DNA from: a virus | DNA length: 64,000 nucleotides | Virus record (IMG/VR): IMGVR_UViG_3300032245_000484 | Span: 2,689-66,688 of that record | Direction: 5' to 3' (one strand) | In this document: positions 27,012 to 36,277 of the stretch, piece by piece | Numbering within the stretch: the first letter of the stretch is position 1 | Layout of the letters: each line of letters opens with the position of its first letter | Notes under the pieces: model-generated | The model's database searches: none | What the model was told of the DNA's origin: nothing | Seen by the model: the letters and a program-made list of their open reading frames with translations, nothing else | Translations under genes and position numbers: made by a program

Positions 27012-28850
27012 ATGGGAAGCAGCGCATTCGAACCAGTTGTACTAGCAGATGTCCGTTCAGTCAAGAACAAGGTGTCCTTGGCTGGCATCACATCCGATGT
27101 CATTACCGCAGGAGATGTCATCCGCTATGATCCGTCCACGGACACATATCTTCGGGCAAAGGCAGATACTGAAACCAATGCAAACTTCTTTGGCGTAGTC
27201 GAAAGCGTAAGCGGCACGGATTATACAATAGTCTATTCGGGAGAAATAACGCTTCCTGATAGCGTGATGTCTTTGATTTCTGGTTATACCGGAGCGCAGG
27301 TATTCTACCTCTCCGATACTGATGCAGGAAAACTTACGACAACCGCACCATCTGCACCTTCGCATGTGATAAAGCCAGTCATAATCACTCGCGGAACTGT
27401 TGTCGATGGCGATGGTAGCGTCGATGGAATAGTCGTGAACTCTGCCGTTGGTACGAAGATCAGCGGCGATTCCACCGTGGATCTCAGCGACATACAGCCA
27501 GTTGGTTCCATCCTTGCATTTGCAGGAAACACAGGACAGATCCCCACGGGTTGGGACATCTGCGATGGCGGTTATCTGGATGTCACCACATATTCCGATC
27601 TATATTCGGCATTGAACAGTGGAAAGTTGTATGGATTCGTACAGAACCTTGCATTGACCAAGGTTGCGAACAGTGGACTTGGGCTGCTGACCGCAGACAA
27701 TCTAGTGGGAAGCATCTTCTATGTCACCAAGACGGATGCCACATCTGCATTCAAATGCACCATTCTCAGCGGAACCGTCTCCGGAACTGTGGTCAGCAAT
27801 GCCAATGTTTTCGTTGAGCCGATCTATGCATCGGGAACCCAAGCAGGTGCATACCACAACACGGAACTTGCCCTGAATGACTTGGGTCGTCTCTACAGCG
27901 GAAGCAGTCCTCTTGACATGGTCTATCAGGTGACAACAGCACCGACAAAAACATATTTCAAGAAGCCGGATATGAGGGCAAGGTTTGTCATCGGTGCATC
28001 TCGCGGAATAACTGGACTTGAGAACTCGGGATTCAACTCATATACGATAGGAAACCTCGGTGGAGAGGAATACCATACCCTTACCACATCTGAAATGCCA
28101 GTTCATACCCATGATTCCAGTTATTCAGCAACAATGACTGGAACGGTCAGTGTCTCGCACAATCTACAGACCGATTCTGTCGGATCGCATACACATCCAG
28201 GCATCTGGCTGAGAGATACCGCGTTGGTTGATGGCTTCGATCAGGTCTATTCAAATGTATCCTTCAATAATAACAATACACCGCTCAATCCAGCAGGAAC
28301 TCATAGCCATACCATAAGCGGAGACATCAATGTAAGTGCGACTGATCTTGTCCCAACCGTATCGGGTGCAATATCCAATGCGGGTGGCGATCTTCCACAC
28401 AACAATGTTCCTCAGCACATCGTCATGTATTGGATCATCAAAACCCGTAAGGATTCATATGCCAAGTTGTACAAACTCGGTCCTTCGGGTGGCGGGGCAA
28501 TCGTTGCCAAGAACACCGCCAAGCGTTGGGCAAGAATGTCTACGCCAGGATCCGGCTGCACCGTGGATATTTCCTACGGAACATGGGGAGTAGCCCGTCT
28601 TGGAACAGGTCACTATCGGTTCACGCACGATCTCATCAATGATCTTGGAACTGCCGATCAGACGAAATACATAGTTGAGGCAACTATAGTGAAGGGAAAC
28701 TCTGGTGCAACCCAGATGTTCATCTCCAATCCATATGACCTACAGGGCATCACTTTCGGCGTTCGCATCTATGACATCATGGGTGCAACATTCAGCGACA
28801 ACTTCCAATATTTGGATCTGACTATCTACGGTGGCGGCACTGCCATCTGA
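27012..28850 (+). CDS. tail collar domain fibre protein (short fibre-like)
   Basis: PVGSI.AFAG....PTGW..CDG, PD.R.RF..G, GGEE.HTLT..EMP.HTH, HNN.P...V..WIIK. Confidence 0.8.
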   Translation: MGSSAFEPVVLADVRSVKNKVSLAGITSDVITAGDVIRYDPSTDTYLRAKADTETNANFFGVVESVSGTDYTIVYSGEITLPDSVMSLISGYTGAQVFYLSDTDAGKLTTTAPSAPSHVIKPVIITRGTVVDGDGSVDGIVVNSAVGTKISGDSTVDLSDIQPVGSILAFAGNTGQIPTGWDICDGGYLDVTTYSDLYSALNSGKLYGFVQNLALTKVANSGLGLLTADNLVGSIFYVTKTDATSAFKCTILSGTVSGTVVSNANVFVEPIYASGTQAGAYHNTELALNDLGRLYSGSSPLDMVYQVTTAPTKTYFKKPDMRARFVIGASRGITGLENSGFNSYTIGNLGGEEYHTLTTSEMPVHTHDSSYSATMTGTVSVSHNLQTDSVGSHTHPGIWLRDTALVDGFDQVYSNVSFNNNNTPLNPAGTHSHTISGDINVSATDLVPTVSGAISNAGGDLPHNNVPQHIVMYWIIKTRKDSYAKLYKLGPSGGGAIVAKNTAKRWARMSTPGSGCTVDISYGTWGVARLGTGHYRFTHDLINDLGTADQTKYIVEATIVKGNSGATQMFISNPYDLQGITFGVRIYDIMGATFSDNFQYLDLTIYGGGTAI

Positions 28851-28859
28851 GGAGAATAA

Positions 28860-30692
28860 ATGGGCGAGTTCTCAGCACATAGGATAACGGTATCTGCGGG
28901 AGAAAGAGTTGTCATTGCAACCCCCGTAAATCTCTATGTCAATCCGATTGGAGACGATGTTCTCAATTCGGGCATTGAGGAGGATTCGCCATTTCGTACA
29001 CCAGCCCGTGCAATAGAATGGCTGAATGATAAGTATATCTCCGAATTCGGATTCGTTACCATCAACTTTGCGGCAGGAATCTACGATCTTAGCGAATCTC
29101 TCGTCTTTGATCACGATCAGGGAGACCGCGTTGCCTTTGTCGGAGCCGAGCCAGAGACGCTTCTACTTCAGTATGTCAGTTACTACAAGACGAGTGGATT
29201 TACCGCTGGCAATACGGGATACTACAAGTACTACTCAGGAGTGAAGCACGGAATCACGCTCGCTTGTGTCCGACCAAGCGATAGCACCGTATATGCTCCA
29301 ATTGGCTCATCGAATGCCATATCCAATGTGTGTGGAGTCAGCGGTAGCGGAGTTCTGATCGAAGACTATGACCTTGTCTTCAAGGATGATTACAATCCAG
29401 CATACTTCTATGCAGCCTATCCATTCCATCCAAGAAACAACATAGTCCGTCAGGGTTCCATCCTTGGTTGCCACAAACTATGGGGAGTCACGGGAGGAAT
29501 CATAACCCTTCAGTCATCCATCCGCGACGATTGGTTCTCCATTCCTGCGGGAACATCTTCTTCGTGGGGTAGGTTCTACGGAAATGCTCAGATGGGTGTT
29601 TCATATTTCAACAATACCGTTGCAGTTCCTTCCGATTACACGGATCAGGCGGAAAACACCAACAATGTCTGGATGATCCCAAACAACAATGTTGCTAGTA
29701 TTGACAAGAAGGGTCATTATCTAAGCAGCGTTCCCGTTGGATACTTTGGAACGAATGCAACCACAGGAATCACCATCGGTGCAACAGCAAACCTCATGGG
29801 AGTATCTTTCCCAAATGGAAGTACTTCGGGCAAGACTGCATCGTTTACCTGGCAGGAATACAACGGCACAAACTATGCAGGATGGTATACGGCAACAGGA
29901 CCAAATGGTTCGTTCCTGAATGATACCATACTGTTCGGAAGCAACTACCATGAACATACCCCAGTATCAGGCACTGGTGGCATGGGTGTTTCGGGATCAT
30001 GGAGATCCATCAACAGCAATAGGATCACCGTGAAGTTGATTCCCACGGTTTTCCGCAGATTCGGAAACATCCTCAAGATCAGCGGAAACGGATTGAGAAA
30101 GATACAGAACATCTTCTTCGACGGTGTGGACATGCAGTCGCACTACAAGTTGATTGGAAACAGCGAAACAGGATACAGCAACAAGGTTGCCGTATATGCC
30201 AAGAATACAAGAGTCGGAGAATCGGTTTCAAATGAGCCAGACGGTCTTGGTGCTGGATTGTTTGGCAACTCCGGTGTCAAGGATTTCCATGTTGGATTCT
30301 ATGCAGATCATGGAACCGATGCATATCTCGGCAAGTTGATTGCATCAAACTGCTCGTATGGAATAATCGCCAACAATGGATCGAACATCGTGACACTCGG
30401 CAGCGTTTGCTCTGGAATGGCATCCACGGGATTCGGTGCATTTGGATCCTCCAGTATGGTTGCCGACAGATGCTTCGCATCATTCGTGGGTCAATCCCAT
30501 GTCACTCTTCGTCTGAAGCAGGTTTCTGGCTCGACATTGAGCGATTCATCCTTTATTCCTGGAGCGACATATGCAAGCCCAGATGGAAGAATCAAGGGAA
30601 CTGTGTGGGATTGGGATCCAAGGGACAAGACTCTTGTGGTTGCAGTCCGCGTTGGAATGCTAGAGGGCGGCGACGCAATATTCCAATACTAA
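28860..30692 (+). CDS. tail spike/fibre with right-handed beta-helix region
   Basis: LYV...G.D..NSG....PF.T...A...I.F..G.Y pectin-lyase-like start; C-terminal S/C/N-rich beta-helix rungs. Confidence 0.6.
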   Translation: MGEFSAHRITVSAGERVVIATPVNLYVNPIGDDVLNSGIEEDSPFRTPARAIEWLNDKYISEFGFVTINFAAGIYDLSESLVFDHDQGDRVAFVGAEPETLLLQYVSYYKTSGFTAGNTGYYKYYSGVKHGITLACVRPSDSTVYAPIGSSNAISNVCGVSGSGVLIEDYDLVFKDDYNPAYFYAAYPFHPRNNIVRQGSILGCHKLWGVTGGIITLQSSIRDDWFSIPAGTSSSWGRFYGNAQMGVSYFNNTVAVPSDYTDQAENTNNVWMIPNNNVASIDKKGHYLSSVPVGYFGTNATTGITIGATANLMGVSFPNGSTSGKTASFTWQEYNGTNYAGWYTATGPNGSFLNDTILFGSNYHEHTPVSGTGGMGVSGSWRSINSNRITVKLIPTVFRRFGNILKISGNGLRKIQNIFFDGVDMQSHYKLIGNSETGYSNKVAVYAKNTRVGESVSNEPDGLGAGLFGNSGVKDFHVGFYADHGTDAYLGKLIASNCSYGIIANNGSNIVTLGSVCSGMASTGFGAFGSSSMVADRCFASFVGQSHVTLRLKQVSGSTLSDSSFIPGATYASPDGRIKGTVWDWDPRDKTLVVAVRVGMLEGGDAIFQY

Positions 30693-30709
30693 ACAAGGAA
30701 TCCTAACCT

Positions 30710-31723
30710 ATGCCAGGTGTAGTCAATACAACAGGAAGCAACGATGCAGGAGCCGCTGGTGGACAACCAGGAAATCCAGATCCAGATGTCGGATCGGGTA
30801 GTGGCACTACCACCACAGGAGGTGGCACCACGGTCATATCTGGTGGTGATACTCCATCCTCATATCAATACGACATAATCAGCCTCTATGGTGGAGTCGG
30901 AAGTGCATATCTTTCGATGAACAACTCCAGCATGTCATGCAACTCATCGGTTGCTGTATTCAACCGAAACAATGCATTTGCGGCATTGAGTACATCGACA
31001 GCCAACTATTCGAACTGCTGCTCCTATGCGGCGAATCAAGGATTCATTGCAGCAAACACCTCGCGCATTGCTGCCTCACTCTGCGTTGCATCGATTTCTG
31101 CATACAACTTCAAGGTGAACTCTTCCTCATCGATGTATGCCAACCTATGTGCATCCGTGTTTCCCTCGCTATTCGGAATCCATGCAAGCAGCACATCGAC
31201 ATTCTCATCGAATGAGATGGAAAGCATGACTTTCTTCTGGTCAACCACAGGACCGGTTCCTGTCCACTTCAGCAGCAGTCAGAACTCCTATTGCACGAAT
31301 AGTTCGACTGCAATGTCCACCAAGACATCCGCAGGTCTTTCTGGACCACTCATGAATGGAAAGCAAGTGAGTTTCCTGTGGTCGCAGATATACCGAGATA
31401 CGACTACTGGCAATGGTATACAGAATACTCCCATTCCGGGCAACATCTTCTATGCCAATCCAAAGGCTAGTTACCGTTATGTTCCGTTTCAGCACTCCAC
31501 GGATTACTCAAACATAACAGGTTCGGGATTGAGTTCGATTACCGACACCACAGCAATCTCAACCACGGGAATAATCCAAGTCATTGCAATGGGAAGGAAC
31601 TGCTATACCTCGGTCAAGCCTCCAGACTATCTCTATCCACCAGAAGACAACTCAGGAAAGGTCGGAGTGGGTGGATTGACTGGAGCATTCTCGGTATCAG
31701 ATCTGTTGTCTGCTTTGGTTTGA
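30710..31723 (+). CDS. beta-helix-repeat virion protein
   Basis: G/T/P-rich leader followed by about 22-residue Ser/Cys/Asn rungs similar to the end of the upstream gene. Confidence 0.55.
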   Translation: MPGVVNTTGSNDAGAAGGQPGNPDPDVGSGSGTTTTGGGTTVISGGDTPSSYQYDIISLYGGVGSAYLSMNNSSMSCNSSVAVFNRNNAFAALSTSTANYSNCCSYAANQGFIAANTSRIAASLCVASISAYNFKVNSSSSMYANLCASVFPSLFGIHASSTSTFSSNEMESMTFFWSTTGPVPVHFSSSQNSYCTNSSTAMSTKTSAGLSGPLMNGKQVSFLWSQIYRDTTTGNGIQNTPIPGNIFYANPKASYRYVPFQHSTDYSNITGSGLSSITDTTAISTTGIIQVIAMGRNCYTSVKPPDYLYPPEDNSGKVGVGGLTGAFSVSDLLSALV

Positions 31724-31741
31724 TAGAACAAGGAAAACTAC

Positions 31742-33712
31742 ATGGCATATAGGCTTTGCACATTCAACTCATTCGGAAAGATAGTTTCGGTATCTCCCGT
31801 ATCATATCAGAGCGATTCCGTGAACATCCTCAACTTCACGGCACTGAATCCGAGTGCATATGCATTGATTGACGAGACCTTGCTTCCAAAGACTCTGATC
31901 GACAACAGCACAAGCGGCAACAGCGATGAACTGATCTTTGAGGGTAGCGATGTGACCATCAGACCACGCCCAAAGGCAGAGGACTATGATCCTCGCGTGG
32001 AGGTCACTCTGTATACCCCAAACCCCTATCCATATTTTTCAAGGGGAACACAGGTTGTGCAGGACATCACCAAGGCTACTGCGGTATACAATCTAGTCGC
32101 ACCGGAAACAAAGCCAGTTCATAGTTCGACCACATATAAGTTTGGTCCTTGCTCTGCTAAGTTTACGAAGAGCGGTATAGGATACACGGGTGGATTCATC
32201 TATCTCACCAATCTGAGCAAGAGAACTCAATCATCTTATACAGCACCACACAACAACATCGGCGGTGGAGCAACATACTCATGGGCAATGGAGTTGTTCT
32301 TCTACCCCACCTCAACTGCAACTAACTTCACCCTCTTACAGAAGGGACCGACTGGAGCATCTGCGAATTGGAAACTCGGATTCGATAGTTCAGCAGGACA
32401 ACTTCAGTTTGCATGGCAGTCGTATGGTTCATCTGCTGGATACAACTATTCGCAGAACATCATCAATACCGCAGGACTAACGACCAATACATGGCATCAT
32501 GTTGCAGTAGCCCTTGTCAAGAATGGCTCGGGAGTATGCTATCAGATGTCTGGCTATTTCAACGGAATCAATAAGTTCACATTTGGTGTCACTTCGTCGG
32601 CAACTCTACCCGAAGTTCGCTACAATCACGGACTGTACATTGGGAACAACAGTCTTGGTAGCGAATCGTTTAATGGATATATCGATTCTCTACGCATACT
32701 GGAATCACCATCCACGGGTGGAATATTTGGACCAACTGGTTACGGATTCCTTCCATTTGGTGGAGGAACTCTTGGAGTTCCCACTCTCAGTGGATTCACG
32801 CGCAGTTCTGAAGCATGTGTGGTGTTGAACTTCAACAATCTTCCCGACTCTTCGGATTTCTATGTCGAAAGTACGGATTTCATAACGGGAAATATTCTCA
32901 CGATTACCGATCTCATTCTTGGTCCTTCTGGTCCAACCAGTTCAGCCAATGCAGAGATAGGGGTTGCCTCTGTAGTTCGATATACCATCGGGGCAACCGG
33001 TGCCACGGGATATTCGGATCCAACTGGATTCACCACCAACTATGGGGCTATCTGTGCGCCATACATCGACACAACTCCCGTGGGAAGCACAAGCACGGTT
33101 CATGGCTATGACTATGCTTATTCGCTGAATGGTGTGTTGGACAATGCTCCCGGCATAGATGTGTATCGCACGACCTATCAGAATAATCTCATCTTCAGTC
33201 TCGGGCTTGAACTGCTTACTACCATCGAAGGTTGTCGGGGAAACACGGGTTCTTCGGGGAGTATATTCTCACCGAGGCTAGGAACAAATCCATTCAGAAG
33301 ACTCTTCAGCGGACAAACTGGTGCCTCGGGCAACTGCTATGGAGTCGGACTTGTCCATACATCCCTATTCCTCAATCCGCTGGACACAACGACCATGCAG
33401 TACATCATGAACAATGGATATCTTGCATCCCAAGGAATATCCCTGGCAAGTTATTCTTTCTTCGATGCACGGGGAATAACACGGACAGTCACTGCCACAG
33501 ACATCAGCAACCTGAGACTCGACATCATGGAGTATCAGAACAACATATTGAATGGATATCGTGCCACCAAGGCTCAGGTCGTGGCTGCTGCCACGAAGAA
33601 CGACATCAAGGTGGCAGTGAAGAATAAAACATACAATACTACACTCGACGCAACGACTGTGCTTGGTGGCAAGGATTCTGTCCTTGGCGATGGGGGTGTT
33701 AGCATTTCATGA
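31742..33712 (+). CDS. LamG/concanavalin-like domain virion protein
   Basis: KFG..S..F, E.FFYP, TWHHVAV, Y.NG, LYIG......FNGYID.LRI. Confidence 0.8.
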   Translation: MAYRLCTFNSFGKIVSVSPVSYQSDSVNILNFTALNPSAYALIDETLLPKTLIDNSTSGNSDELIFEGSDVTIRPRPKAEDYDPRVEVTLYTPNPYPYFSRGTQVVQDITKATAVYNLVAPETKPVHSSTTYKFGPCSAKFTKSGIGYTGGFIYLTNLSKRTQSSYTAPHNNIGGGATYSWAMELFFYPTSTATNFTLLQKGPTGASANWKLGFDSSAGQLQFAWQSYGSSAGYNYSQNIINTAGLTTNTWHHVAVALVKNGSGVCYQMSGYFNGINKFTFGVTSSATLPEVRYNHGLYIGNNSLGSESFNGYIDSLRILESPSTGGIFGPTGYGFLPFGGGTLGVPTLSGFTRSSEACVVLNFNNLPDSSDFYVESTDFITGNILTITDLILGPSGPTSSANAEIGVASVVRYTIGATGATGYSDPTGFTTNYGAICAPYIDTTPVGSTSTVHGYDYAYSLNGVLDNAPGIDVYRTTYQNNLIFSLGLELLTTIEGCRGNTGSSGSIFSPRLGTNPFRRLFSGQTGASGNCYGVGLVHTSLFLNPLDTTTMQYIMNNGYLASQGISLASYSFFDARGITRTVTATDISNLRLDIMEYQNNILNGYRATKAQVVAAATKNDIKVAVKNKTYNTTLDATTVLGGKDSVLGDGGVSIS

Positions 33713-33993
33713 TAATCAGAAGATCCGGTGATGTAGTCTTTGTCGATGATGAGCAGTTTGCTCTTGTGGATCTTCTTTCCTTGTTCCCCGACTATGGCAA
33801 GTCGGAGTTCAAGGCTCATTACTATGATGGTCGAAAGCACTATGTCAGTGATGGATCCAATCAGTATTCTTGCCCCATTCCATATGAACTAGCATTGGAT
33901 CTGTCTCGCAGGATGCCCGAACTGAGAATGTGCAGGAGTCAGAGAATAGCAGATACTAAGTACTTTGAGAATCTTCGGAATGCTAGGAGGTAA
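33709..33993 (+). CDS. hypothetical protein
   Basis: 94 aa ORF with ATGA overlap; fills the gap before gp13. Confidence 0.55.
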   Translation: MIIRRSGDVVFVDDEQFALVDLLSLFPDYGKSEFKAHYYDGRKHYVSDGSNQYSCPIPYELALDLSRRMPELRMCRSQRIADTKYFENLRNARR

Positions 33994-33995
33994 AC

Positions 33996-34763
33996 ATGGC
34001 AACTACATCAAGAGAAGATCTCAAGGACTATGCGCTTCGTCGCCTGGGCTTTCCCGTAATCGAAATCAATGTCGATGATGCTCAGGTTGAGGATCGCATA
34101 GATGATGCATTGCAGTTCTTTTCTCAGTACCATTTTGATGGTGTTGAGAAACTCTACCTCCCGTATGTCCTCACGCAGACCGACATAGACAACAAGTACA
34201 TCAATACCGACAACATACCGACAGGATCGACTGGTGCTGAACTGGTCACCGTCAGCAAGGTATTCGTCATCGATCAAGCCATGTCGAGCGGAATGTTCAG
34301 CGTTCAGTATCAGTTGATGTTGAACGACTACTTCAACGGTTTCCTCACAGGTACATCGAACCTCAACTACTACGATACCACCAAGCAATACCTTGGTATG
34401 CTTGAGATGTTCCTCAATCCCGAGAAGCAGATTCAGTTCAGTCGCGTGACGAACAAACTACGCATGAACACCGATTGGTCGGTTTATAAACCAGGCGACA
34501 AGTTCATGGTGGAGGGAATGGTTGCTCTCAGCCCCGAGACATATCCCGAGATATACAATGACATCCTGCTGAAGCGATATGTCACTGCACTCATCAAGAG
34601 GCAGTGGGCTGCAAATCTCAGCAAGTTCTCCAACATCGCACTACCTGGTGGAATGAAGTTCGATGCCGCACAGATGTACACGGACGCAACCACGGAACTT
34701 GGGCAGATAGAGGACACCGTGCAGTCCAAGTACGAACTCCCCGTCGATTTCATGGTGGGATAA
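33996..34763 (+). CDS. gp13: neck protein
   Basis: R..LKDY.LRRLG.PVIEINVDD.Q.EDRID.ALQ....YH.DG, LK.Y.TALIK.QW..NL.KF....LPGG. Confidence 0.93.
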   Translation: MATTSREDLKDYALRRLGFPVIEINVDDAQVEDRIDDALQFFSQYHFDGVEKLYLPYVLTQTDIDNKYINTDNIPTGSTGAELVTVSKVFVIDQAMSSGMFSVQYQLMLNDYFNGFLTGTSNLNYYDTTKQYLGMLEMFLNPEKQIQFSRVTNKLRMNTDWSVYKPGDKFMVEGMVALSPETYPEIYNDILLKRYVTALIKRQWAANLSKFSNIALPGGMKFDAAQMYTDATTELGQIEDTVQSKYELPVDFMVG

Positions 34764-35618
34764 ATGGCAAGAAACAACTACTTCAAAGTCTCCGCTCGCG
34801 AATCGGATCTGTTCGAACAACTAGTCACCGAACAGATCAAGATCTATGGCTTTGATGTACATTACATCTTTAGGAAGTTTCAGAAACTCGATGCCTTGTT
34901 TGGCGAAGACCCAATTTCGAAGTTCAATAAGAGTTTTCAGATCGAAATGTTCGTAAGCAATTATGAATTCTTCGAATCTCTTGGCAGAGTCGTGGACAAG
35001 TTCGGCATAAATCTACAGGATTCCGTAACTTTGATGGTTGGTAAGAAGAGATTCAGCGAAGAGTGCGCTAAATATGGAACTGACCTTGTCCCGCAGGAAG
35101 GCGACCTGATCTACTTCCCCGAATACGGCGGTCTCTATGAGATCAAGTATGTCGGGACAAGGAACTCGTTCTTTGCATACGAACTTTCCTGTGAACTTTT
35201 CCGCTACTCTGGCGAGGAAATCACCACGGAGATTCAGGAAGTGGACGAGATCGAAGACAACCTTATCACGCCTATCCGCAAGTTCACCCTTGCTACGAGC
35301 GGTATTACATTCTACGAAGGCGAGACGATCTATCAGGGTTTGACCTTCGGCAGCAGCACCTACAGTGCAGTCGTAATCAACTTCGATGCTCCAACAAAGA
35401 CGATGCAAGTCCGTTCCGAGGTGGGAAGTGCATCGTCCGTACTCCCCTTGCGCGGCTTGAAGTCCGAGGCTTCGTGCTACTATGACACCATCGATACCAC
35501 AGAGAAGACATTCATCAATACCACCGCGGACGATACGGATGAGATCGAACTTGAGAGGGTCACGAAGGACTTGATAGATTTCTCCGATAAGGATCCATTC
35601 TCGGAGGGTAACTACTGA
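34764..35618 (+). CDS. gp14: neck protein
   Basis: E..L.E.L..E.IKIYG.DV.Y, FGED, KFG, P.EGDLIYFP, CELF.YS.E, DFS..DPF. Confidence 0.92.
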   Translation: MARNNYFKVSARESDLFEQLVTEQIKIYGFDVHYIFRKFQKLDALFGEDPISKFNKSFQIEMFVSNYEFFESLGRVVDKFGINLQDSVTLMVGKKRFSEECAKYGTDLVPQEGDLIYFPEYGGLYEIKYVGTRNSFFAYELSCELFRYSGEEITTEIQEVDEIEDNLITPIRKFTLATSGITFYEGETIYQGLTFGSSTYSAVVINFDAPTKTMQVRSEVGSASSVLPLRGLKSEASCYYDTIDTTEKTFINTTADDTDEIELERVTKDLIDFSDKDPFSEGNY

Positions 35619-36277
35619 TGTTCGACTACTTCTACCACGCAAGCATCAGGAAACTCGTCGTTGCATTTGGTTCGCTCTTCAACGAGATATACATCTCCCG
35701 CACGGAGGAAGATGGAACCGAAATCAAGAAGATAAAGGTTCCGATCTCATATGGTCCCAAGGAGAAGTTCTATCGGAAGATCGTGGAACTTGACGAGAAC
35801 GGCTCGCGCAACTCCGTCGAGAACATCCTTCCGAGGATAGGTTTCGAGATCTCCTCAATGAACTACGATACGAACAGGAAGATGAACAGCCTGAACAAGC
35901 AGTTCATCATGAGGGATGAGAAGGACAAGACCTTGTCCTATTCGTACAGCGAGGTTCCCTATACATTTCAGTTCACTGTCCATGTCATGTCGCGTTCCAT
36001 AGACGATGGCTATCAGATTATTGAGCAGATACTTCCCAACTTCACGCCCGATTTCACCATAACGATGAACTTCACTGAAGTCGATAGGAAGGTCGATGTA
36101 CCGATAGTGATTTCCTCCATAAGTACCACTGAGGACTATGAAGGCGATCTACAGACCAGAAGAATGATCACGCATACGATGACATTCAATGCGAAGTCCT
36201 TCATATTCGGACGAATCCGCGAGGCTGGCTTGATTCGCGAGATCAACCTGACTTTCCAAGAACTGACGGGTGAATGA
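35618..36277 (+). CDS. gp15: tail sheath stabiliser / head-tail connector
   Basis: FYH..IRK.V.AFG.LFN.I, KVP..YGPKEK, LPR..FE, QI.EQILP.F.P. Confidence 0.93.
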   Translation: MFDYFYHASIRKLVVAFGSLFNEIYISRTEEDGTEIKKIKVPISYGPKEKFYRKIVELDENGSRNSVENILPRIGFEISSMNYDTNRKMNSLNKQFIMRDEKDKTLSYSYSEVPYTFQFTVHVMSRSIDDGYQIIEQILPNFTPDFTITMNFTEVDRKVDVPIVISSISTTEDYEGDLQTRRMITHTMTFNAKSFIFGRIREAGLIREINLTFQELTGE

